Origin: Alkalilimnicola ehrlichii MLHE-1
GTDB taxonomy: Bacteria; Pseudomonadota; Gammaproteobacteria; Nitrococcales; Halorhodospiraceae
Direction of reading: 5' to 3'
Assembly (NCBI RefSeq): GCF_000014785.1
Contig: NC_008340.1
Span: forward strand, 2,100,001 to 2,132,000
DNA length: 32,000 nt
Shown here: positions 24,484 to 32,000 of the stretch, in pieces
Layout of the letters: every line of letters begins with the position of its first letter
How positions within the stretch are numbered: position 1 is the first letter of the stretch
Notes under the pieces: generated by a model
Told to the model about the DNA's origin: nothing
Databases searched by the model: none
The model's input: the letters and a program-made list of their open reading frames with translations, nothing else
Made by a program: the position numbers and the translations under genes

Positions 24484-27168
24484 ATGACCGTCCACACCGC
24501 AGTAACGGCGGGCGAGTTGTTCGACGCCCACGCCCTGGACACCGCCCTGGAGCGGGGCGAGCCGGCGATCCCGGCCCTGCGCCGGGCCCTCGAGGAGGGG
24601 GACCGGGCACTGGCCGGGCAATTCCATGCCGGCACCCCCGCTGCCGAACTGGTGCCGCGCCGCGCCTACCTGATGGACCGCATCATTCGCCGGCTGTGGG
24701 CCCAACACCTACAGCATGCCGAGGACCGCTGCGCCCTGGTGGCGGTGGGTGGCTACGGCCGCGGCGAGTTGCACCCGGGCTCGGATGTGGATGTCATGAT
24801 CCTGATCGAGCCCGATGCCCGCGAGGCGTTGGGCGATGCCCTGGAGGGGATGATCACCGCCCTCTGGGACCTGGGCCTGGAGGTGGGCCACAGCGTGCGC
24901 AGTATCGAGGACTGCGTGCGCGAGGCGGAGATGGACATCACCGTGGCCACCAATCTGATGGAGGCACGCCTGCTCTGCGGCAGCGCCGCCCTCTTCCAGA
25001 CCATGCGCCAGGTGACCGGCCCCGACCGGCTGTGGCCCTCGCGGGCCTTTTTCGAGGCCAAGTGGGCCGAGCAGGTGGCCCGTCACCAGAAGTATCACGA
25101 CACCGCCTACAACCTGGAGCCCAACATCAAGAGCAGCCCCGGCGGGTTGCGCGACATCCAGATGGTGGGCTGGGTGGCCAAGCGCCATTTCCGCGCCAAC
25201 ACCCTGCGCGCCCTGGTCGATCAGCGGTTTCTCACCGAGCAGGAGTTTGACGCGCTGATCGCCGGGCAGAACTTCCTGTGGGATATCCGCTACGCCCTGC
25301 ACCTGCTGGCTGGCCGTCGCGAGGACCGACTGCTGTTCGACCACCAGACCCAACTCGCCGAGCAGTTCGGCTACCGCGACCGCGAGCACAATCTCGCGGT
25401 CGAGCAGTTCATGCAGCGCTACTTCCGTACGGTGATGGAGCTCTCCCGGCTCAACGAGATGCTCCTGCAGCTGTTCCAGGAAGCCATTCTCTACGCCGGC
25501 GAGCACGAGGCCCCGGTGCTGCTCAACAAGCGCTTCCAGTCCCGGCGCGGGTTTCTGGAAGTCACCCATAAGAACGTCTTCCGGCGCTACCCCTTCGCCC
25601 TGCTGGAAGTGTTCCTGGTGATGCAGCAGCACCCGGAACTGAAAGGGGTGCGCGCCTCCACCATCCGGCTGATCCGCCAATACCGCAATCTGATCGACCA
25701 GCGCTTTCGCAAGGACCTGCGCGCCCGCAGCCTGTTCATGGAGATCATGCGCCAGCCCCGCGGGCTCACCCACGAGCTGCGCCGAATGCACCGCTACGGG
25801 GTGCTGGGCCGCTACATCCCGGCCTTCGGTCAAATCACCGGGCGCATGCAGTACGACCTGTTCCATGTCTACACCGTGGACAGCCACACCCTGTTCGTGG
25901 TGCGCAATCTCCGGCGCTTCGCCATCCCCCGGCACGCCCACGAGTTCCCGCAGTGCAATACCATCATGGCGCGGCTGCCCAAGCCGGAGCTGCTCTACCT
26001 GGCGGCGCTGTTCCACGACATCGCCAAAGGGCGCGGCGGCGACCACTCCGAGCTCGGCGCGCGGGATGCCTACGATTTCTGCATCCAGCACGGGCTGGGG
26101 GCGTACGATGCCCGCCTGGTGAGCTGGCTGGTGCGCAGCCACCTGCTGATGTCCATGACCGCCCAGCGCAAGGACATCTCCGACCCGGAGGTGATCACTG
26201 AGTTCGCCCGGCGGGTGGGCGACCAGATCCACCTGGACTACCTCTATCTGCTCACCGTGGCGGACATCCGCTCCACCAACCCGTCGCTGTGGAACTCCTG
26301 GCGGGACGCGCTGCTGGCCGAGCTCTATGTGCTCACCAAGCGGGCCCTGCGCCGGGGTCTGGGCAACCCCATCGACAAACGGGAGCTGATCAACGAGACC
26401 CAGGCCCAGTCCCGCCGCCGGCTGCGTCAGCGCGGCCTCCACCACATGACCGTGCGCGCCATCTGGCGCCGGCTGGCGGACGACTACTTCCTGCGCCACT
26501 CGGCCGAGGAGATCGCCTGGCACACCGAGGCCATCGCCGCCGCCCGGCCAGAGGACCTGCCCATCGTTTTGGTGAAACAGCGCGGTCCCCGTGGCGGAAC
26601 CGAGTTGTTCATCTACGCCCGGGACAACCGCTACGTGTTCGCCCGCACGGTCTCCACCCTGGATCGGCTGGGGTTGAACATCCAGGACGCGCGGATCATC
26701 ACCACCGACCAGGGCTACACCCTGGACAGCTATCTGGTGCTGGAGGACAACGGCGAGCCGGTTACTGACGAGGGCCGTTGCCGGGAGATGGTCGAGCGCC
26801 TGCGCACCAGCCTGGCCGATGCCCACCGGCCACCGGACTTGGCCGAGCACCGCCTGCCGCGGCGGCTCAAGCACTTTTCCACGCCCACACAGATCAACTT
26901 CAGCACCGACGGGCCCAACCAGCGCACCGTGCTGGAACTGATCACCGGCGACCGGCCCGGCCTGCTGGCCCAGGTGGGTCAGGCCTTCAGTCAGTGCCGG
27001 GTCAAGCTGAAGAACGCCAAGATCGCCACCATCGGCGAGCGGGCCGAGGACGTCTTCTTTATCACCGACGACCAGGATGAACCGCTGGCCGACCCAGTGC
27101 AGTTCCGCTGTCTGCGCGACGTCCTGTCCGACTGCCTGGAGAATACCGGCGAGGGCACCTCCCAATGA
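24484..27168 (+). CDS. glnD: Bifunctional [protein-PII] uridylyltransferase/uridylyl-removing enzyme
   Basis: 894 aa with the nucleotidyltransferase motif GGYGRGELHPGSDVDVMIL, an HD domain (LAALFHDIAKGRGGDHSELG) and two C-terminal ACT-like regions. Confidence 0.96.
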   Translation: MTVHTAVTAGELFDAHALDTALERGEPAIPALRRALEEGDRALAGQFHAGTPAAELVPRRAYLMDRIIRRLWAQHLQHAEDRCALVAVGGYGRGELHPGSDVDVMILIEPDAREALGDALEGMITALWDLGLEVGHSVRSIEDCVREAEMDITVATNLMEARLLCGSAALFQTMRQVTGPDRLWPSRAFFEAKWAEQVARHQKYHDTAYNLEPNIKSSPGGLRDIQMVGWVAKRHFRANTLRALVDQRFLTEQEFDALIAGQNFLWDIRYALHLLAGRREDRLLFDHQTQLAEQFGYRDREHNLAVEQFMQRYFRTVMELSRLNEMLLQLFQEAILYAGEHEAPVLLNKRFQSRRGFLEVTHKNVFRRYPFALLEVFLVMQQHPELKGVRASTIRLIRQYRNLIDQRFRKDLRARSLFMEIMRQPRGLTHELRRMHRYGVLGRYIPAFGQITGRMQYDLFHVYTVDSHTLFVVRNLRRFAIPRHAHEFPQCNTIMARLPKPELLYLAALFHDIAKGRGGDHSELGARDAYDFCIQHGLGAYDARLVSWLVRSHLLMSMTAQRKDISDPEVITEFARRVGDQIHLDYLYLLTVADIRSTNPSLWNSWRDALLAELYVLTKRALRRGLGNPIDKRELINETQAQSRRRLRQRGLHHMTVRAIWRRLADDYFLRHSAEEIAWHTEAIAAARPEDLPIVLVKQRGPRGGTELFIYARDNRYVFARTVSTLDRLGLNIQDARIITTDQGYTLDSYLVLEDNGEPVTDEGRCREMVERLRTSLADAHRPPDLAEHRLPRRLKHFSTPTQINFSTDGPNQRTVLELITGDRPGLLAQVGQAFSQCRVKLKNAKIATIGERAEDVFFITDDQDEPLADPVQFRCLRDVLSDCLENTGEGTSQ

Positions 27169-28355
27169 GCAATCCCGACCTGGACCGCCTGCAGCCCTAC
27201 CCCTTTCAGCGCCTGGCCGCCCTGCGCGAAGGCGTGCAGCCGCCCGCCGATCGCGACATGATCAGCCTGGCCATGGGCGAACCGCGCCACCCGGCGCCGG
27301 GGTTCGTGGCCGAGGCCCTGATCGAACACACCCACGGACTCGCCCGCTACCCGGCCACCCGGGGCGACACCGCCCTGCGCGAGGCCATCTGCAGCTGGCT
27401 CAGCAGCCGCTTCCAGGTGCCGGCCGGCTGGCTCGACCCGGAACGCCACGCCCTGCCGGTCAACGGCACCCGCGAGGCGCTGTTCGCCTTTGCCCAGGCC
27501 ATGGTGGACCGCGGGCGCCCTGGCGCCCGGGTACTCATGCCCAACCCCTTTTATCAGATCTACGAGGGGGCAGCGCTGCTGGCCGGTGCCGAGCCGCGCT
27601 ATCTGGACGCCACGCCGGGCGGCCAGCCCGATTTCGATGCCGTGCCCGCCGCGGCCTGGCGCGACTGCCAGCTCCTCTACATCTGCACCCCGGGCAACCC
27701 CACGGGGGCGGTGCTGGACAACGCGCAGCTGCAACGGTTGATCCGGCTGGCCGACGAGCACGATTTCATCATCGCCGCCGACGAGTGCTACTCGGAGATC
27801 TATCCCGACGAGGCCAACCCGCCACCGGGCCTGCTGCAGGCCTGTGCGGCGATGGGGCGCAGCGGCTTTGAGCGCTGCGTGGTCTTCCACAGCCTGTCCA
27901 AGCGCTCGAACCTGCCCGGGCTGCGCTCCGGCTTCGTGGCCGGCGATGCCGAGCTGCTGGCGGGCTTCCTGCTCTACCGCACCTATCACGGCTGCGCCAT
28001 GCCCCCGGCCACCCAGGCCGCCAGTATCGCCGCCTGGTCGGATGAGGCCCATGTGCGGGAGAACCGCGCCCTGTACCGGCAGAAGTTCGACGCGGTGCTG
28101 GACATCCTGGGTAAGCCGCTGGGCCTGGAACGCCCGCAAGCGGGGTTCTATCTCTGGCCGGAGGTGCCGGAACGGGATACGGATTTCACCCTGGGGTTAT
28201 GGCGCGAGGAGCACGTGGCGGTACTCCCTGGCAGTTTTCTCGCCCGTGACGGGGGCACCGGCAACCCGGGGGCGCGGCGGGTGCGCATGGCGCTGGTGGC
28301 CGAGCCCGAGGCCTGTGTAGTGGCGGCGCAGCGTATCCGCCGCTACCTGCAATAG
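27165..28355 (+). CDS. dapC: Succinyldiaminopimelate transaminase (class I aminotransferase)
   Basis: 396 aa with LQPYPFQRL..., VNGTREALF and the PLP-lysine region SLSKRSNLPGLRSGF. Its position between glnD and dapD matches Pseudomonas/Bordetella-type dapC. The start overlaps the glnD stop (ATGA). Confidence 0.85.
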   Translation: MSNPDLDRLQPYPFQRLAALREGVQPPADRDMISLAMGEPRHPAPGFVAEALIEHTHGLARYPATRGDTALREAICSWLSSRFQVPAGWLDPERHALPVNGTREALFAFAQAMVDRGRPGARVLMPNPFYQIYEGAALLAGAEPRYLDATPGGQPDFDAVPAAAWRDCQLLYICTPGNPTGAVLDNAQLQRLIRLADEHDFIIAADECYSEIYPDEANPPPGLLQACAAMGRSGFERCVVFHSLSKRSNLPGLRSGFVAGDAELLAGFLLYRTYHGCAMPPATQAASIAAWSDEAHVRENRALYRQKFDAVLDILGKPLGLERPQAGFYLWPEVPERDTDFTLGLWREEHVAVLPGSFLARDGGTGNPGARRVRMALVAEPEACVVAAQRIRRYLQ

Positions 28356-28449
28356 TTGTCGATTTGGTTATCATGACCGGCTCCGCCGGGACCCCATCAA
28401 CGGGGCCGGGCCGCCGGGTTGAACAGTCATAGCACAGGAGCAGAACACC

Positions 28450-29268
28450 ATGCAGGATCTCAAACAGACCATCGAAACCGCGTTCGAGAACCGGGGCGAG
28501 CTCAGCCCCGCCAGCGCACCCGCCGCGGTGCGGGAGGCCGTGGAGCAGGCACTGGCCATGCTGGATCGCGGCGAGGCCCGGGTGGCCGAGAAGCGCGATG
28601 GCGACTGGGTGGTCAATGAGTGGCTGAAGAAGGCGGTGCTGCTCTCGTTCCGGCTGAACGACAACGAGATCATCCGCGGCGGGGCCACCAACTTCTTCGA
28701 TAAGGTGCCGCTGAAATTCGCCGACACCAACAGCGAGCAGATGCGCGCCAGCGGGGTGCGGGTGGTGCCGCCGGCAATGGCCCGGCGCGGTGCCTATATC
28801 GGCCCCGGTGCGGTGCTGATGCCCTCTTACGTCAATATCGGCGCCTATGTGGACGAGGGGACCATGGTGGACACCTGGGCCACCGTGGGTTCCTGCGCCC
28901 AGATCGGCAAGAATGTGCACCTCTCCGGCGGCGTCGGGATCGGCGGCGTGCTGGAGCCGCTGCAGGCCGCGCCCACCATCATTGAGGACAACTGCTTTAT
29001 CGGTGCCCGTTCCGAGGTCGTGGAGGGGGTGATCGTGGAGGAAGGTGCAGTGATCTCCATGGGGGTCTACATCGGCCAGAGCACCAAGATCTACAACCGC
29101 GAGACCGGTGAGGTGACTTACGGCCGGGTGCCGAAGGGCGCGGTGGTGGTGCCGGGCAGCCTGCCGGCGAAGGACGGCAGCCACAGCCTGTACTGTGCGG
29201 TGATCATCAAGCAGGTGGACGCGCAGACCCGCTCCAAGGTGGGGATCAACGAGCTGCTGCGGCCGTAA
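28450..29268 (+). CDS. dapD: Tetrahydrodipicolinate N-succinyltransferase
   Basis: 272 aa, near-collinear with E. coli DapD ([15 protein letters not shown]...[50 protein letters not shown]). An AGGAG RBS is present. Confidence 0.97.
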   Translation: MQDLKQTIETAFENRGELSPASAPAAVREAVEQALAMLDRGEARVAEKRDGDWVVNEWLKKAVLLSFRLNDNEIIRGGATNFFDKVPLKFADTNSEQMRASGVRVVPPAMARRGAYIGPGAVLMPSYVNIGAYVDEGTMVDTWATVGSCAQIGKNVHLSGGVGIGGVLEPLQAAPTIIEDNCFIGARSEVVEGVIVEEGAVISMGVYIGQSTKIYNRETGEVTYGRVPKGAVVVPGSLPAKDGSHSLYCAVIIKQVDAQTRSKVGINELLRP

Positions 29269-29310
29269 GGTCTGCCTGCCGGGTATCCGTTTCTATCCGC
29301 TTCGCCCGGG

Positions 29311-29436
29311 GCGGCTTCAGCCCGGGGCGGGGCGCCCCACAGGGGGACGCTGCGAGTACATCCCTGTAAGCTCGTCGGCGGCCATCCCTGGCCGCCGACG
29401 CCCCCTGTGGGGCGCCCCGCCCCGGGCTGAAGCCGC
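29311..29436 (+). repeat. Palindromic intergenic element, copy 2: perfect 36-bp inverted arms (29311-29346 / 29401-29436) around the 54-nt core (29347-29400)
   Basis: The arms gcggcttcagcccggggcggggcgccccacaggggg and ccccctgtggggcgccccgccccgggctgaagccgc are exact reverse complements. The core acgctgcgagtacatccctgtaagctcgtcggcggccatccctggccgccgacg matches the reverse complement of 708-761 at 50/54. Confidence 0.85.
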
Positions 29437-29486
29437 TGTGCCATCTGAATTGCGCTTCTGCCCTCTTCTTTCAAGGCCCGGAAATC

Positions 29487-30614
29487 ATGTCCGAGACACT
29501 GGAACTCGCCTCCGCACTCATCGCCCGCCGCTCGGTGACGCCCATGGACGCCGGCTGCCAGCAGTTGCTGGCGGAGCGATTGCGGCCCCTCGGTTTTGAC
29601 TGTGAGCGGCTGGATTACGGCGAGGTGAACAATCTGTGGGCCCGGCGGGGTCAGCAGGGGCCGGTGTTCTGTTTCGCCGGCCATACCGATGTGGTGCCCC
29701 CGGGGCCGGAGGCCCAATGGCGGCACCCACCCTTCCAGCCGGTGGTCGAGCAGGGGCTGCTCTACGGCCGCGGCGCGGCGGACATGAAGGGCAGCGTCGC
29801 GGCCTTTGTCACCGCCCTGGAGCGCTACCTGGCCGGCGGCCACCGGCCGCGGGGTTCGCTCGCCCTGCTGATCACCAGCGACGAGGAGGGCCCGGCGGTG
29901 GACGGCACCCGGCACGTGGTCGAGACCCTGTCCGAGCGCGGCGAGCGCATCGACTGGTGCCTGGTGGGTGAGCCCTCCAGCACCGAACGCGTGGGGGATG
30001 TGGTGAAGGTGGGCCGGCGCGGGTCGCTCAACGGGCGGCTGACGGTGCGCGGCGACCAGGGCCACGTGGCCTATCCCCATTTGGCGCGCAATCCGGTGCA
30101 CCAGGCGCTGGCCGCCCTGGATGAGCTGGTCACCACCCGCTGGGACGAGGGCAACGACCATTTCCCGCCCACCAGCTTCCAGATCTCCAACGTCCAAGCC
30201 GGCACCGGCGCCACCAACGTGATCCCCGGCGAGCTGGAGGTGACGTTCAATTTCCGCTTCTCCACCGAGGTAACGGCGGATGAGTTACAGCAGCGGGTAG
30301 AGGCGGTGCTGGACCGTCACGGCCTGGACGGGCGGATCGACTGGTCGCTCTCGGGCGAGCCCTTTCTGACCGCGGAGGGGGAGCTGGTGGCCGCCACCCA
30401 GGCGGCGGTCCGCGATGTCTGCGGCGACCCACCGGTGCTCTCCACTTCCGGCGGCACCTCAGACGGCCGCTTCATCGCCCCCACCGGGGCCCAGGTCCTG
30501 GAGCTGGGGCCTGTGAACGCCACCATCCACAAGGTGAACGAGCACGTGCGGGCGGCGGATCTGGACACGCTGTCAAGGATTTACGAGGGCGTCCTGCGCC
30601 GACTGCTCGGCTGA
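29487..30614 (+). CDS. dapE: Succinyl-diaminopimelate desuccinylase
   Basis: 375 aa. [32 protein letters not shown]...[11 protein letters not shown]... is collinear with E. coli DapE (M20 peptidase). Confidence 0.96.
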   Translation: MSETLELASALIARRSVTPMDAGCQQLLAERLRPLGFDCERLDYGEVNNLWARRGQQGPVFCFAGHTDVVPPGPEAQWRHPPFQPVVEQGLLYGRGAADMKGSVAAFVTALERYLAGGHRPRGSLALLITSDEEGPAVDGTRHVVETLSERGERIDWCLVGEPSSTERVGDVVKVGRRGSLNGRLTVRGDQGHVAYPHLARNPVHQALAALDELVTTRWDEGNDHFPPTSFQISNVQAGTGATNVIPGELEVTFNFRFSTEVTADELQQRVEAVLDRHGLDGRIDWSLSGEPFLTAEGELVAATQAAVRDVCGDPPVLSTSGGTSDGRFIAPTGAQVLELGPVNATIHKVNEHVRAADLDTLSRIYEGVLRRLLG

Positions 30615-30670
30615 GGAGGCACCCCCCGGCTGCACGGCGGGGCCGACGATGCGACGGCGGGAGACCGGTC

Positions 30671-31273
30671 CTACAGAAACCGTCGCCGTGCCCGGTGCAG
30701 CAGCAGGCCAGCGAGCAGCGAGAGCAGGATAACGATGGTGGCGGCGGAATAGACGCCCAGCCAGTCGGCCAGCCGGGCCCATTGGTTGCCCAGCCAATAG
30801 CCGGCCACAGCCAGCACGGCGTTCCACAACGCGGTGCCGGCAGCGGTGAGCAGCACGAAGCGCAGGAACCCCATGGGCATGAGCCCGGCCGGTATAGAGA
30901 CCAGGCTGCGGAAGCTGGGCACCAGGCGCCCGAAGAACACCATCCAGTCCCCGTAATACTGAAAGGCCATCATCACCCGGTCCAGGTCCTTGCCCTTCAA
31001 TAGCAGATAACGCCCCGGTCCGGTGACCAGCGTCCGGGTGCGCGCCTCCCCCACCTGGCGCGCCACCAGGTAGATCAGGGTGGAACCGAACGTGGCCCCG
31101 ATGCTTCCGGCCACCACCACCCCCTCGAGGGTGAACACCTCCGTGAAGGCCAGGAAGCCGGCGAAAGGCATGATCACCTCGGGGGCGACGACGATCATCA
31201 CCAGGGCCAGCCCGCGGTAGCCCAACCCTTCCACCAACGACCGCCACCAGGCCAGGGTCACCTCACTCGACAT
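30671..31273 (-). CDS. DedA / VTT (SNARE-associated) family inner-membrane protein
   Basis: Multi-TM protein with DedA-like regions (VIMPFAGFLA..., FFGRLVPSFRSLVSIPAGL). The ATG at 31271-31273 (MSSEVTLAWW) is preceded by AGAGGG. The ORF-track start at 31345 is 24 codons upstream. Confidence 0.85.
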   Translation of the reverse strand: MSSEVTLAWWRSLVEGLGYRGLALVMIVVAPEVIMPFAGFLAFTEVFTLEGVVVAGSIGATFGSTLIYLVARQVGEARTRTLVTGPGRYLLLKGKDLDRVMMAFQYYGDWMVFFGRLVPSFRSLVSIPAGLMPMGFLRFVLLTAAGTALWNAVLAVAGYWLGNQWARLADWLGVYSAATIVILLSLLAGLLLHRARRRFL

Positions 31274-31536
31274 CCGCCCTCTGTCCCTTCCCGGCGGCTT
31301 GTCCCCCTCAGGGGTGGCCGGGCCGCAACATTCAACGTTTCGCAATGGTCCGCGGGAGCGCCCCGCCCGCGCCTCGATATCACCGGGATGTCACACGCCG
31401 GGGATGGCAGGGTTCCACGCTCACTGGTAAGTTGAGGGTAATCCTTTTCGGCTGCCCCCACGCGAACCCGTTAGGCTAACACCTTCGGCCGGCGTGCGGG
31501 TGCCTTCGCCGCCAGAACACGAGACCGCGCCTTCGC

Positions 31537-32000
31537 ATGGACCAAAAAACGATCGATCTCAAGCAACCGGACCTCTACTTCAACCGCCTGCTCAGCCTGC
31601 TGGAGTTCAACCGCCGGGTGCTCGCCCAGGCCAAGGACACCGACACCCCGCTGCTGGAACGCCTCAAGTTCCTCTGTATCTGCACCTCGAACATGGACGA
31701 GTTCTTCGAGGTGAGGGTCTCGGGGGTGAAACACAAGGCCGAGGCCGGTTCGGTTCAGGCCGAGTCGGACAATCGCAGCCCGCAGGAGACCCTGAATGCC
31801 ATCAGTGCCGTCAGCCACGAGCTGGTAGCCGAGCAGTACCGCGTCCTCAACGAGGAATTGATCCCGGCCCTGGCGGAAGAGGACATCCGCTTCATCCGCC
31901 GGGCCGATTGGACCGACGCCCAGACGGAGTGGCTGCGCCGTTTTTTCGAGGACGAGCTGCTGCCGGTGCTCAGCCCCCTGGGACTGGATCCGGCCCACCC
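31537..32000 (+). CDS. ppk: Polyphosphate kinase 1, N-terminal part (continues beyond the window)
   Basis: Not in the ORF track because it is open-ended. From the ATG at 31537 it reads MDQKTIDLKQPDLYFNRLLSLLEFNRRVLAQAKDTDTPLLERLKFLCICTSNMDEFFEVRVSG..., matching the PPK1 N-domain pattern (FNxRVL...PLLERLKFLxIxxSNLDEFF). Confidence 0.93.
   Translation, partial: MDQKTIDLKQPDLYFNRLLSLLEFNRRVLAQAKDTDTPLLERLKFLCICTSNMDEFFEVRVSGVKHKAEAGSVQAESDNRSPQETLNAISAVSHELVAEQYRVLNEELIPALAEEDIRFIRRADWTDAQTEWLRRFFEDELLPVLSPLGLDPAH

Noticed and set aside
29118-30197. 359-aa minus-strand ORF spanning the repeat and most of dapE
   Set aside because: It is antisense to a clearly identified dapE and is extended through repeat copy 2. 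It has no domain signal.
31385-31420. Pho-box-like TGTCAC...TGGCAG upstream of ppk, and resemblance of GGGATGT/GGGATGG there to the repeat core
   Set aside because: The spacing and the second half-site do not fit the CTGTCAT-N4-CTGTCAY consensus. The GGGATG motifs are in the opposite order to the repeat core, and there is no flanking palindrome. This is probably chance in GC-rich DNA.
31471-31998. 175-aa minus-strand ORF at the window end
   Set aside because: It is antisense to the ppk N-terminal coding region, which shows a strong PPK1 motif match on the plus strand.

Overview
High-GC (by eye about 65-70%) gammaproteobacterial chromosome segment. It consists almost entirely of the conserved housekeeping block known from Pseudomonas and E. 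coli. Minus strand: pyrG(5' part)-tilS-accA-[insert]-dnaE-rnhB-lpxB-lpxA-fabZ-skp-bamA-rseP-dxr-cdsA-uppS-frr-pyrH-tsf-rpsB. Plus strand, diverging from rpsB: map-glnD-dapC-dapD-dapE. A minus-strand DedA-family gene and the 5' part of ppk follow. pyrG and ppk run off the window edges and are missing from the ORF track; I read them directly from the sequence. I see no rRNA, tRNA, CRISPR array, transposase, integrase, phage gene or recognisable defence system. I do not think this window holds a clear new multi-gene system. Four things deserve a second look. (1) Two copies (663-806 and 29311-29436) of a palindromic element share a 54-nt core at 50/54 identity, while their long, perfectly self-complementary arms differ between copies. 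One copy supplies the tilS stop codon. (2) An exbB-exbD-exbD-tonB-pilZ module is inserted at the normally contiguous accA|dnaE junction. Its TonB carries a 76-residue pure Pro-Glu tract encoded by near-perfect 6/12-bp tandem repeats. Its PilZ protein has the two c-di-GMP-binding motifs about 90 residues apart. (3) lpxD is absent from its canonical skp-fabZ position. (4) Several stop/start overlaps use GTG (GTGA). The many long ORFs antisense to real genes are high-GC shadow ORFs. All RNA folds and promoter calls were made by eye and need computation.
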